Below, one piece after another: positions 49,545 through 64,000 of a DNA stretch of 64,000 bases (the first letter of the stretch is position 1; each line of letters begins with the position of its first letter). The translations under genes were made by a program, and so were the position numbers. Source of the stretch: Sarea resinae (taxonomy: Eukaryota); the NCBI GenBank assembly GCA_026026165.1, contig JAPEUD010000083.1:1-64000 (forward strand), written 5' to 3'. The notes beneath the pieces are model-generated. The model searched no databases and was not told the DNA's origin. It was given only the letters and a program-made list of their open reading frames with translations.

Positions 49545-50311
49545 TGCGGGCACACAGTAGCAGGACTAACCCCCTTTCATTGTAAAACCTACGATATTGG
49601 TCCTCTTTGGGGCAAGGAAACTTCTTAGCATTCTAGTTTCTGACATCATTTGTTTTCCTGTGTTCCTGTCTATACCTGAATTTAGCTTACGAAACATTGG
49701 CCCCCTTGATGATTGAACAAGCACAGGAGAAGAAAGCGGCCATGCAAGTTGAAATAAACTCGGCGCAGCACCGTGACCGCGTAATCTCGCCAACTCACAG
49801 CTATGTAGTCGTACCTAGTGTTTCGTGGCTCTCCAGGGCTCGTACAAAGTACACAGTACCAGGCTTCGATCTTCTTTCGAACCCACGCTTTATTGCTTGA
49901 TATTTGATCTCCATACTAGCAACACCGTGTAAATCTGTGCTGAGAGATGAAGGATGAGTAAGTACTTGATATCTACTACGTAGAGCTTTGATCACCCATT
50001 TTGTTCCATTTCAAGCTAAATAGCGACGTGTCCATGTGATGACCGGAGGCCTTACTTGGTAGGCATGGTAAATGTTGATCAGCCACCATACGTAGTTAGG
50101 AGCGAGGTACTTCGCGGTACCCATCGACATGCTTGGTTGTCGACAGCCCAACCTACTGCGCAGTAGAGTCTGCGAACATCAACTTCAAATCACATCTCCA
50201 AGTGCTAATCTCTCTTCACGACTTGACCTGCTAAAGACGTTTCTGAGTCGCCCGACTGAGATATCATCTATCGAAGGCCGTTGATTCTCCACCGCAGTTC
50301 CTTTGCCCACG

Positions 50312-52820
50312 ATGGCAACACCCGCGGGTCACTCGTAAGGCCCCTGGCATGCACAAGCAGCTCGCACACTGTGCTAACGTAGATCGCTATAGGATTAATG
50401 TCAATGATCCGGGACTTATCACCCTCGTCAACAAACTTCAGGATGTTTTCACGACCGTTGGGGTAAGTTGGCACTCCCGCGTCTGGATCTGAGTGAACGA
50501 GACTGGGGAGCTGACGTTCGCCTTGGGCTGCTTAGGTACACAATCCGATAGACTTGCCACAGATCGCCGTCGTTGGATCGCAATCAAGTGGAAAGAGTTC
50601 TGTCTTGGAGAACATAGTTGGCAGAGATTTGTATGTACCCGCTCCATCTAGAGAGTACATATACTGACAGGCTCTGCAGCCTACCTCGAGGAACAGGTAT
50701 TGTGACGCGGCGACCACTAATTCTCCAGCTCATCAATCGATCAACCCCTCCACAGACAAACGGTGTGAGCGAAGAGATCAAGACAACAGATAACGAATCG
50801 AACTCTCAAGAGTGGGGCGAGTTCTTACATATACCCGGGCAAAAGTTCTACGATTTCAATAAAATCAGAGATGAGATCGTCAAGGAAACGGAATCGAAGA
50901 CTGGGCGAAATGCTGGAATTTCGCCAGCACCAATAAACCTTCGAATATACTCGCCCAACGTTTTGACGCTTACCCTGGTGGATTTGCCCGGCCTGACGAA
51001 AGTACCCATCGGAGACCAGCCAAGGGATATTGAGAAGCAGATAAAGGATATGGTGCTCAAGCAGATTAGCAAGCCAAACGCCATCATCCTTGCCGTCACT
51101 GCCGCGAACACAGATCTCGCCAATTCTGATGGTCTGAAATTAGCTAGAGAAGTGGATCCTGAGGGGCAGAGGACGATTGGTGTCCTTACAAAGGTCGACT
51201 TGATGGACGATGGAACAGACGTGGTAGACATTCTAGCCGGACGTATTATTCCTCTTCGACTAGGTTATGTGCCGGTCGTGAACCGTGGCCAGCGAGATAT
51301 CGAGAACAAGAGACCGATCGCTTTTGCTTTGGAGCACGAGAAGAATTTCTTTGAGAACCACAAAGCATACCGAAACAAGAGCTCATACTGTGGAACACCA
51401 TATCTGGCCCGTAAATTGAACCTGGTCAGAACAAGCACTTTGATCTGATAGACGCATTGCTAACGATGTCTGTAGATTCTTATGATGCATATCAAGCAGA
51501 CCTTACCCGACATCAAAGCGCGTATTTCAGCATCTCTACAGAAATATTCAGCGGAGCTCGGTCAACTAGGGGATTCGATGCTCGGCAATAGTGCAAACAT
51601 TGTGCTCAATATTATCACGGAGTTTTGCAATGAATATAGGACGGTGTTGGATGGAAACAACCAAGAGCTTTCTAGCGTGGAACTTTCGGGCGGCGCTCGT
51701 ATCAGCTTCGTCTTTCACGAGCTTTATGCCAACGGAGTCAAAGCTGTAGATCCATTTGATCAGGTTAAGGATATCGACATCAGAACTATCCTGTACAACT
51801 CATCTGGATCCTCGCCGGCTTTGTTTGTTGGCACAACCGCCTTCGAACTAATCGTCAAACAGCAGATCAAGAGACTAGAAGATCCGAGTCTGAAATGTGT
51901 CTCGTTGGTATATGATGAACTCGTCCGGATTCTCAGTCAACTTTTGGGCAAGCAGCTGTTCCGAAGATATCCGCAACTCAAAGAGAAGTTTCACCAAGTT
52001 GTCATTGCTTTTTTCAAGAAGACTATGGATCCGACGAACAAGCTTGTGAAAGACCTCGTAGCCATGGAATCCTGCTACATCAACACTGGTCACCCTGATT
52101 TCCTCAACGGACATCGCGTAAGTATTCTCTGGCATTAAGCTACCATTGATGCACGTCTGCATGAAGTCGAACTGCTAGCTAATTTCACCATCAGGCTATG
52201 GCGATTGTCAACGAGCGACACACCCAAGCCAAGCCAACGCAGGTTGACCCCAAGACTGGCAAACCTCTGCCACCTGCTGTTCCTCCACGTACCGCCAGTC
52301 CAACTCTAGATGCAATGGCTGAAAGCAATGGAGGCTTCTTCGGATCGTTCTTTGCTTCGAAGAACAAGAAGAAGATGGCTGCTATGGAACCTCCGCCACC
52401 GACTCTTAAAGCCTCTGGTACATTGTCCGAGAGGGAGGGCGTCGAAGTTGAAGTGATCAGTAAGCCCACCTTGCATCCTAGCAACGGTCCAAATACTAAT
52501 GGTCTCAATAGAGCTCCTTATCAGCTCGTATTATAATATTGTCCGACGAACGATGATCGATATGGTCCCCAAGGCCATCATGCTTACCCTCGTTCAGTGA
52601 GTTTTCGCGTGAAGAGCCTGTCCTCGTTTCCCTTCTAATCGCACTCTATAGATTCTCCAAGGATGAAATGCAACGCGAACTACTGGAAAACATGTACCGG
52701 ACCAATGAGCTTGACGAGCTGCTCAAGGAGAGTGACTACACTGTCCGTCGCCGAAAGGAGTGTCAGCAAATGGTCGAGTCATTGTCCCGTGCAAGCGAAA
52801 TTGTGAGCCAGGTGCAGTGA
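50312..52820 (+). CDS. VPS1: Dynamin-like GTPase Vps1, 8 exons
   Basis: [29 protein letters not shown], Vps1-type GFFGSFF and [19 protein letters not shown]-terminal GED. Confidence 0.95.
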
Positions 52821-54921
52821 AAGCGATGATGACTGGATGACCGCTTGGAGTCAACATCGTAACTCGAAGTCTATGTGCATCACTGCAGAGGTACTAGATC
52901 TTGCTGTCGAATTGCCTAGTCAACAAGTCAGCGAGCGAGCGAGAGACAAGTCGAGGATGAGTCGATCGAGAGGCAGCAGTAGAGGACAGCGCCAATGATC
53001 CAGGCCCCCAGGTACTTATACGATACTGTACCTCACAGACGATGAACGGGCGTTTGATGTATTTCTTTCCCCTTGCTTTTTCAGTCGTACATCCCCGTCC
53101 TCTTTACTGTTCGCGCGTGGTCTTTCTTGGGGCTTGCACTGCACGTAGATTAATGATTTTCAAAGAGCGTCTCTCGTCGTTGGTGGTTTGTGGATGGATG
53201 ATGGCTGGTCGTGTGTTTATTCCTTTTCAGCAGTTGCGGTCCTCATGGGGTGGTAGTAGACTTGTCCCTTGTTCGATAAATTCACCATATAACCATGTCC
53301 ATGCTCCGGTGTGCACTTGTAACTATGCCCTCGTGACTGAGTCTCTGAGAGGTTCTGTCAAGCCCTCTTCTCAAACGGGACGAAAAGGATGTGTTATGAT
53401 GCTATTCACTCCTCGATTGGGGACCACTTGTCCAAACGGCCCAAACAAGCCAAACACGGGCCCAACCACTCATCTCGGTAAGGTCTTGGCATGACTCAAG
53501 CGAAGCGAAAGCGCCTCGGCAAATTCCACGGTCAGTGTTCGGCTGCCTATATAATCCACGTCGGCGCCCCCATCGTCTTCTCCTTTCTCTTTTTTTCTTC
53601 TTCATCCGAGTGCAAGGGCATTTCGTGTGTCAGTGAGGATTCGTCCGAGACCATGATTTTGCTAGTTGAAAACTATTTATAGTTTGACCGCTCCTTTCGG
53701 TCTACGGATCGAATGGGAATTTTTGGACCACAATCTTTTGGATGTCTTCTTGGCTTTTCGTCGATGTGCTCGCCTTGGGCGGGCTGTTGAAGAAGAGTTT
53801 AGGGGGGGGGGAGGCGGTTGATCGTCGAGGATGGCAGACGTGGAAAGGTGATGGCAGTTGGATTGATACCACCTTGTCTGTGGCGACGACGCAAATCATA
53901 CTTGTCAGAGGGCATCTGTGGTCGCCGTGCAGGAATGCTGTGGAAGTGGTCTTGATCTTGAGATGAGGTTGTGTTCCTGGTGGGATGGGCCCGACGGTCT
54001 GTGTCACGTGTCAGTAATCACTACTACGTACTCGACGCGTCCGGCAACAACACAGATGGCGTTGCAAGGGCAGTGTTTCACTACGCAGTAGACATCCATG
54101 GATCCCATGGACAGTCTCAGCACCCATCAATAGCGACATCATGTAACTGAGTTCAGGAGAGATGGAGATACTGTGACGATTCTCGCATAGGGCTGTGGCG
54201 TTCGGTGGCTGTGACTGCCCTGTGATGGTGGCTGTGGTGGCTGTGGTGGCTGTGGTGGCTGTGCACGCTGCTGAAACGCACTGCTCGGCCTTCCGACGCG
54301 GCCCTGGCGCTCCAGCTGGTCGATTCGCCGATCAGGTCTGGGGCTGTTGCCAACGTCCCCGACACTACTGAGGTCATCGGCATGTAAACGTTGTAGGAGA
54401 AGTAGAGCTGGACGAACAGCTGGAGTCGAATACCTAAGGTATCTACGAGCTTTTCCTCTCACCTCAGCCGTCGTCATCCTTCTCGCCATCATCGTCATCT
54501 TCCCTGAGCCACTTCGGAGCACGTACTCTAGGTGAGTGTCTGATGCGAGCAGATGTTGCTCGATCGATCGGCATCGTTGTCTCGACTGAGGTTGAGCGGC
54601 AACGGCCAAGCGATGCGCTGGGCGCAGACAAGCACTGATTCGGAGACTGCGAGTCTCCAAGCTTGTCATAACCCTTGCCCCGTCATCTTCCGCCCTGCCC
54701 CCAATTCCTTGCCCAAAGTACCTCAGGTCGCGCCCCCAAATAGAAATCAAACTTCGACGTGACGCATAAATATCGGCACACCCGCGCAGACACGAAATCA
54801 TATCAAATCCATCCATCCATTGCTGACTCCCAATCCGATCACCTAGATCTTTCAATCTTCTACCAAACACCATACTACACATATCTCCAGCTACCATCAT
54901 CACCAGACACCTTTCGCCATT

Positions 54922-55347
54922 ATGGGTTTCTGCTCGACGTTCTGGTGGGTCATTGCGACCATCTTCTGTAAGTAAAACATCATCTTCGAGCCCACTCGCA
55001 TGGTCGCGCCCGCAAATGCTTCGAAGATGTCTAACCGATGTGCGATTCCAGTCCCCCCTCTCGGTGTCGCCCTCATCACCGGCTGCAACGCCGACCTACT
55101 GATCAACGTCTGCTTGACCGTGCTCGGGTGAGTTGCGCCCCCCTCTCTCGCATTGACTGTCTTTGTCGAGCACTCAGACTGATAATCCACGTCTAGCTAT
55201 TTCCCGGGCCACATTCACGCCTTCTATATTGGTTACATCTACAACAAGCGTCGTGCCCAGGCTGGCGTGCCTTACACACACGCTGCAGGCATCTACAGCG
55301 AAAAGGTCCAATCCGGCGGTCATCCCGCCATGGTGGCTCAGTACTAG
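54922..55347 (+). CDS. Pmp3/Sna (UPF0057) proteolipid family protein, 90 aa; exons 54922-54967, 55052-55127, 55197-55347
   Basis: Spliced by hand through two GT-AG introns: MGFCSTFWWVIATIFFPPLGVALITGCNADLLINVCLTVLGYFPGHIHAFYIGYIYNKRRAQAGVPYTHAAGIYSEKVQSGGHPAMVAQY*. Contains the family pattern PPLGV...INxxLTxLGYxPGxIHA. Confidence 0.9.
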
Positions 55348-56219
55348 GTGCCTAGACGATGAAGATGCGGGCGTGACCCGCTGAAGCATGGCGCGGTGAA
55401 GAGTGTCGAGGAGGAAAAGCAGAATTGACGAATTACGAGGAATTGGTGTTTTTTACTTTCTTTTCTTCGGGAGCGAGTGGCTTTGATGCCTCTAATGATA
55501 CCTGGAAATCTTTTTTTTCTCTGCGGATGTGTGGAGACGCGCTGTTTCGGTTTCGTCAGAGGTGGTCTTTGGGGCGTGTATCGCGGCGGTAACTGATAGA
55601 CCGATGGAGCATACATGATTCAATTGCGACTGTCCTCGTCACATTTCACTGCTCATTCGATGCATCACCTTCTCGTCGCACTGCTGTCGCGCTTTATCAT
55701 TGATTGCGGCGTGCGCTGAACATTGAAGACTGCGTTGCCGCGGTAGTACGGTAGGTAAGGTAAGGTATTCACCATTCAATTACGGAGTAGACTAGGGTAG
55801 AATACGTACAGTAGGTAGTAGAGTGTAGCATACGTAGCCTATCCGTCCACGAGTATATCAATCCATCAATCAATAATCAATAATCAACCACTACCAGCCA
55901 AACGAACGAAGAAATAAACAATCGACACTCAACGACGCCAGACGGCGACATTGTCCTTTCCTCGCCTCTGTTCTCCGTCCTTGATCCATCCGTCCATGCT
56001 CTCCTCTTCGTAGCCGATCTTCGCAGCCGGCGCGCGCACGACTAGTCCAAGCGGGCACCACCTTACCAGGCCAGCTTGGTAGCTTTGCCCTACCTTGCAT
56101 TGCCCTGCCTTGTCGTGGTTGCTTGGTTGCCTAGTTGCTTGGCTACTCAGTTGCTCGGCGCACAGCGCGCATCGAATTCTACCTCTTTCTTGACACCGCA
56201 TTGACCGAGCACCGCAAAC

Positions 56220-57526
56220 ATGCACACGTCGCTCGTGCGCGCCCAGAATGTCTTCGGCTTCTTCACGACGGTGACGTTCGTGCTCGCGGCCCTGGTGGCC
56301 GCGTCCGTGTATTGGACGCCGCGGACGCCGACGGGGGAGATTGCCGTCCGGGAGGGCGGGCTGCAGGTGTGAGTTTTTGGTTGCTTGATCTGGTGGCGGG
56401 TGGGTGTTGGGTACTGGGGAGGTGTTTATAAGTGTTGGTCACTGGGGAGGGGGACGAGGGGCATGAGGTGGAGGAGGGAGACTGGGAAAGCAAAAGTTGA
56501 AAAGAGGATTGCTGACCCCTTCGTCGCATCTAGGGTTCGAGGACGACCGCATTATTACAGTAGCAAGAGGGAGGAATATGCCATCATCAGGTTCGATCTA
56601 GATCTGGGTAAGATTTGTTCCTGTTGCCAGTCCTTTTTCTTCTTTCCCCTGGCTTCCCTCCTTCCATGTCTCTCTCTCAAACGCCTTATTCACCGCGCGC
56701 AAGCAAAGCACCCTACTAACGCCTCGATCCTCCACCCACTGCAGACCTCAGCTCCCTAATAACGTGGAACACGAAACAAATCTTCATCTACGTGCTCGCG
56801 AGCTATCCCGGGGCCCACGCCAACACGACCACCACCACCCCGCTGCCCCGCTCACAGTCCATCATCTGGGACACGATCATCCCGGCCCCATACAGCTCGC
56901 CGCCGCCCTCGTCATCGTCATCATCGTCATCATCGCAAAACAAATTCTTCCCCACCACGCCCTCATCTCTACACACATACCACCGGCCCGCGCAACTGGC
57001 CCCGCTCGCCCGCCTGAAGCTACGCAACCAGCGACCCAAATACCAGATCACGGACCCCGGCGCGCACATGGCCGAGATCGACGACGTCGTGCTCGAGGTC
57101 GGCTGGAACGTGCAGCCGTGGGTGGGCGCGCTGTCGTGGACGGACTGGACGCCGTGGCAGGGGTGGAGGAGCCTGTTGCGTTTGGGACCAGGTGCGAGTC
57201 AGGCCGAGGCTGGTGCTGATGAAGAGGTGGGTGATGGAGGGGTGGGCGATGTAGAGGGTGGGAAACCCCAGACGCAGGCGCAGATCAAGGGCGTCCAGGG
57301 AACGAGTCCAGCCTTTCAACTCCCTCCCTTGAAGGGCAAGAAACCGTCTACGTCTTCCCGATCCGCCAAAGCCTCTTCCTCGTCTTCTTCCCCTTCGTCT
57401 TCTTCTTCTCCTTCAACCAAGCAGCAAGAAGTCTCAGACTCGGCGGAGCCCTCGACGACGACAAAGACGCATACGGCATCCACGACGACGGAGACGCGGG
57501 CGGTGCGGAAGGCTTCGGAGGTGTAG
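56220..57526 (+). CDS. SPC3: Signal peptidase complex subunit 3 (Spc3/SPC22-23), 334 aa; exons 56220-56368, 56534-56607, 56745-57526
   Basis: MHTSLVRAQNVFGFF signal anchor, FDLDLDLSSLITWNTKQIFIYV, IIWDTII, KYQITD, VGWNVQPWVG. Confidence 0.92.
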
Positions 57527-57764
57527 TTTTTGTATCTGTTGTATTTATTGTAGTATTCGCTGGTGGTGTCGGTGACGGTGATAGTGTCGAGGGGAAAAGG
57601 GAGATACATCTTCACGCCTCACCTCTCTCTCCTCCTAGTAACGCACTCTCTCTCTATATAAGGTAGGTATTTGAATAAGTGTTATCTAAGTAATACAGTA
57701 GACTACCTGAGGGCCTTTGATAGAATAAACAAAGCTAGAAGCTATAAACTTACACACTAAATAC

Positions 57765-58072
57765 CTCTCTCTTTTCTCTCTTCTCTCTTCTCTTTTCTCT
57801 CTTCTCTCTTCTCTTTTCTCTCTTCTCTCTTCTCTTTTCTCTCTTCTCTCTTCTCTCTTCTCTCTTCTCTCTTGCTTTCTCTATTATAATAATAATAAGA
57901 ATAAAAAGAAGAAGTTTTATTTAATAGAAAGGTTTACCAGTATAGTGTCCTAGTAGATATCTTAAGAAATAGGTAGGAATAGGAATAGGAAGAAGAACTG
58001 TGATAGTTAGAATCGTTATGATAGCTAGAGCTAAGAGAAGAGAAGAGAAGAGAAGAGAAGAGAAGAGAGAGA
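57765..58072. repeat. Polypyrimidine minisatellite (21-mer CTCTTTTCTCTCTTCTCTCTT x about 4, then CTCTCTT units) and opposing (AAGAG)n tract around an AT-rich spacer
   Basis: Read directly at 57765-57873 and 58033-58072. Confidence 0.85.
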
Positions 58073-58787
58073 GGCATATACATAGACTCCTATCAGTCTT
58101 CTAATTCCTTTCCCTTTCCCTTTCCCTTTCCCTTTCCCTTTTTTTTCTCTTCATCTTTCTAATATCTTTTTAATCGACAATGACAACAAATTATAATAAT
58201 TACAATTACAATCACAATCATTAGTGACATTGAATTGTTTTTTCTCCTTCCTAGATGGGATTTTTTCTAGTCTACTATCTTTTTATCTTTTGTCTGGATA
58301 GATAAGAACGGCAATCCTTGTAGTTTCTGCTGGTTAGAATCGCAAGAGGGGGTAGAGGGCCAGAGGAAGGGAGAGAAGAGAGAAGGGAAGGAGGGTAGAG
58401 AGAGATATAGGGAGGGGGAGAGATAAGCAGAGAAGGGTAGAGATAGAGGGAGATGTAGGCAGAGGAGGGGAGAGAGGTGTAGAGAGACAGGCATATATCG
58501 ACGACGGACGGGATATAAGAGACGAGAGACGAGAGACGAGACGAAAGAAGAGATACACAACAGAATCCAAACGAACCATCCCGGTGTTGAAGAAAAGACG
58601 TGACAGACATAGACAACACATCTCTCGCGCGCCTACTGCGCCGGCCCCCCACATACACATGATATATCACAGACCCCGATTGATTGTTGAAAACCCCTTA
58701 ACCTGAAAGCACCAAACCGCCCTTTTGATTCACCGAGAAAAACAAAATCCCCCAAGTTGAGCAAGGGATGCATGCGTCAGAAGCGCC

Positions 58788-59908
58788 TCACCGCCGATTC
58801 AACAGATTCAAAAACTCCTCGCGCGTCTTCGTCGTCGAGCGCATCTTGCCCAGCATGCAGCTCGTGGTGGTCGAGCTGCCCGTCTTCTGCACCCCCCGCA
58901 TCACCATGCACAGGTGACTGCTCTCCATCACCACGGCGACTCCAAGAGGTTGCAGCACTTCCGAGAGCGCCAGCGCCACTTGCTTGGTCAGCCGTTCCTG
59001 CACTTGGAGACGGCGCGAGAACATCTCGGCGATGCGCGCGAGTTTGGACAGGCCGATGACGCGGCGGTTGGGGATGTAGCCGATGTGCATCTAATGTGGT
59101 TCTTGTTAGACTGGACCGGAGATTGTACACGGGACTAGACCATACCTTTCCGGTAAAGGGGACGAGATGGTGCTCGCAGAGAGAAAAGACTTCAATGTCC
59201 TTGACGATGACGAGCTCGTCGTGGTCTTCGTGAAAGACAGCCCCGTTGACGATATCCCGGAGGTTCTCCTCGTAGCCCTTGGTGAAGAACAACATGGCCT
59301 TGGCATACCGCTCTGGCGTCCCCGCCAATCCCTCACGCTCTGGATCTTCACCGAGACATTCGAGAATCGTCGACACGGCTCCAGACAGCTTCTTGAGGCG
59401 CTCGTCAGCCTGCCCTGGTGTCGCCTCAAGCCTGTCTCGTGTTCCGAGGCCTGTGGAAGCAATCGTCAGTTCTGGCGTCTTGCCATGTACAAAGTGACTC
59501 ACTCGGCCAACTCAGCCCGTCGAAATCAATCGGCGGGTTCAGTGTATATGGGCTGGCGGGTCGGGTTGACGACGGAGGCGTTGGAGGCGCCGCTTCATCC
59601 CTCGGATCCCGAGCGGACTCTCCGATCTGGGGATGCGTCACGCTGAGCGAAGTGTGGGGATTCGCGCCGAGGTCGTGGCGGAGTTGCTGGTTCTTGGTGA
59701 AGAACGAGTTGTTGTCCCGGAATGGGACGGGAGCATGAGTCTCCAAGTCCACAGGCCGCCGTCGAGTGGTCGACGAATTGATCGAGGCGTAGAGATTCTC
59801 TCGTTCCTTGACGTCGCTGGGAACGTGGAGAGGAGAACCGCCATTGAGGAGGTGGGGGGGGAGGGCGGATTTGGGTTTCGAGCTGTCGAAGATGGGTGTA
59901 TCCTCCAT
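58788..59908 (-). CDS. FOL2: GTP cyclohydrolase I, 3 exons
   Basis: [52 protein letters not shown]; fungal N-terminal motif [17 protein letters not shown]. Confidence 0.96.
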
Positions 59909-59980
59909 GTGTCCAGATGCTGAGGTTCGTATGAGGGCACCAATTGGGAATGTTGACCGATATGTCAAGATGATTGAGGG

Positions 59981-60054
<74 letters not shown>
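59981..60054. repeat. Perfect (GATT)n microsatellite, about 18 units
   Basis: Read directly, about 70 bp upstream of the FOL2 ATG. Confidence 0.95.
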
Positions 60055-60798
60055 TGATAGACAGTCGAAGATTATCGAGACGAGATTATCAAAGATCAGA
60101 GCGGGCCATCATCTGGGTATTGCATGCATGTAGGCAGTAGGATGACCACGGCGGGATCGAAGTAAGAATCAATCTCTGATCCGTAGTCGTAGTCGTGATG
60201 GTTTCGTCCGCAGTAGTGCCGTCGATGCGCATGCGAGTGAGCCACAGGAGAAATGTCTTTTTGCCTTACTCGTAGTCATCCGCAAACATAAGCTGGGGAT
60301 CAAGTTCTTGCAGAGACTTGAAACGACCGCGATCCATCTACCATCGATCTCGTACCGGGGTGGTACCTTATCCGCTGCAGATGACTGCAGGCGACTGCGA
60401 GAGAAATGGCGGGGATGACGCGACCGCAGGAACTGTTCTGTTGCAGCCGGCGGTCGCCAAGGGGCTCGGCCTCGGCCCCTCCTCGTCGGCCCCTGGCATA
60501 TCCCCCGAAGAAGTCCTCGCAAGATGAGGTCAGCTCTCATGCAGTCTTCTCTTCTTGCACGCTTACTCTGTCTGTATCAATGTGCTCCGAGTACGAGTTA
60601 TGCAATGGAAGCATCGTCGGCCTCGATCCCGACCAGGATATCATCATTTTCATTCGCTACGTAGCCATCACTATGCGCCGTCTAGAATACATACAAGCAA
60701 AGCCAAGCCAATCGCAAATCCACGTCGAGCCCTGACGCAGAACCACCATCTGCACCTGCGTATATCCAGGCCATGATCCTTTCAACACCCCCGACGAC

Positions 60799-62422
<1,624 letters not shown>

Positions 62423-63095
62423 GGTGACTGGCATCCGGGCGCAACAAGCTCAGTGGGGTACGCGACCCGTGCAGGTAGATTATTGAGTCTACGAAATACC
62501 ACCTAACCAGCAGGGCAAGCAGCCCGGGACAGAGCGCCTGAAAATTGATTGAGAAAGAGATGTGGAGGTTGATGGAGGGCCAGAGCAAGAGATCAGTCAA
62601 TCCCTCAAAGTGCATACCGTACATAGCTCAAGGGAAGTTCCATTTCCATCTGGGTGGACGCGCAAAAGTTCGTGTAGCCGCCAAAAGGCTTCCCGTATTA
62701 CAGTACAGCGCGTTGTGGGTTTGCCGTCATCTCTACTCCGCCAGCCGCTGCAGGGCTGTCGGACGTCCCCTTTAGGCATAGTCATCCTCTGATCGCATCG
62801 GCTCTTGTATCATCATGCACGCCGTCTCGAGATTCGACCCTCAAGAGTCAAGCCAGCCATCAAGCGTCAAGAGTCAAGGCCAACACTCTCGAGTGACACT
62901 GAAACCCTAGACGAGAGAGCCCTCTGGACTCTGTGGATTTGTCTTCTTTGCGTTTGCATACCACCTATTATCTCCTTTGCGTTTAACCTCCTTCGCGTAT
63001 AACCTCCTTCGCGGCCTGGCGTCTACGAGCCCCATCTTCCCATAAACGAAACAAGAAAGCTACGTCCACGTCGCTTTTGACAGTCTCACGCCATC

Positions 63096-64000
63096 ATGGG
63101 TGTTCCAAAATTCTTTCGGTGGATGAGCGAGCGGTATCCGGCCATCTCTCAGCTCATAGCTGAGAATCGGATACCGGAGTTCGATTGTCTATATGTGAGC
63201 TTTCGCTCGTCAGAGAGTCTTCGCGCGCGAACTGACTGTTTTCTCTCCAGTTGGATATGAATGGCATCATCCATAACTGCACCCATAAAGATTCCGACTC
63301 GCCAACGTTCCGGATGACAGAGGACAAGATGTTCATTGCAATATTCAATTACATAGAGCATCTATTCGCCAAGATCCGCCCAAAGCAGCTGTTCTTCATG
63401 GCAATTGATGGAGTGGCACCGCGCGCAAAGATGAATCAGCAGAGAGCAAGGCGCTTCAGAACAGCCCTAGATGCAGAAAAGGCGAGAGAAAAGGCTGTCA
63501 AGGATGGAGTGGAGATGCCGAAAGAAGAGGCATTCGATAGTAATTGCATCACTCCAGGTATGCTCTAAGGCTCAGCGAAACCTATTGGTAGCTAATCTCT
63601 GAAGGCACCGAATTCATGGCCAAACTAACACAACAATTGAAATACTTCATCAACAAAAAGGTTTCTGAAGATGCTGACTGGCAAGGGGTCGAGATCGTCC
63701 TTTCGGGACACGAAGTGCCTGGTGAGGGAGAGCACAAGGTCATGGAGTATATTCGCTTGGCCAAATCTCAACCAAACTACGATCCCAATGTTCGACACTG
63801 TCTCTACGGACTGGACGCCGACCTAATAATGCTTGGCTTATTGAGCCATGATCCCCACTTCTGTCTACTTCGCGAGGAGGTTACTTTTGGGCGACAGAAC
63901 CAGAAAAAGTCGAAAGAGTTGGAGCATCAAAATTTCTATCTGATGCATCTTTGCATAGTCAGAGAGTACCTGGAGCTGGAATTCCAAGAATTAAAGGAGC
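63096..64000 (+). CDS. XRN1: 5'-3' exoribonuclease 1, N-terminal part (continues beyond window)
   Basis: MGVPKFFRWMSERYP, IPEFDCLYLDMNGIIHNC, AIDGVAPRAKMNQQRARRF, FDSNCITPGTEFM, PGEGEHK, YGLDADLIML. Confidence 0.94.

Noticed and set aside
54139..54903. 254-aa minus-strand ORF between VPS1 and the PMP3-family gene
   Set aside because: Random-looking peptide, partly built from a (GGTGGCTGT)n repeat, lying antisense across the PMP3 promoter.
42320..57526. GID7-VMA1-VPS1-PMP3-SPC3 as a vacuole or endomembrane gene cluster
   Set aside because: Loose functional theme among housekeeping genes, with no shared motif specific to them. A synteny test would be needed.

Overview
Gene-dense eukaryotic DNA from a filamentous ascomycete (Pezizomycotina-type short GT-AG introns with CTRAY branch points; the species cannot be determined from this window). 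It holds about 19 mostly housekeeping protein genes: an orphan ORF, glycogen synthase, ERG20, CDC23, an atypical ATP-dependent DNA ligase, an RA-PH protein, an F-box/LRR protein, an NRP1-like RNA-binding protein, cysteine synthase, YCG1, a TRK K+ transporter, GID7/WDR26, VMA1, VPS1, a small PMP3-family gene missed by the ORF track, SPC3, FOL2, HAT2 and the 5' part of XRN1. There is also one tRNA-His(GUG) with a 72-nt structured intron. I saw no transposon, secondary-metabolite cluster, intein or CRISPR array. The most interesting signals are: (1) a 148-codon AUG-less in-frame extension upstream of GID7/WDR26, with a CUG in strong context just behind a short uORF; (2) a fungal protein with a Grb7/MRL-like coiled-coil-RA-PH architecture; (3) the long hairpin tRNA intron; (4) an in-frame upstream AUG on VMA1 encoding a presequence-like peptide; (5) a GC-AG intron in HAT2; (6) microsatellite islands at convergent gene ends that grade into the coding tails. 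Gene identities come from recognising motifs by eye, not from database searches.
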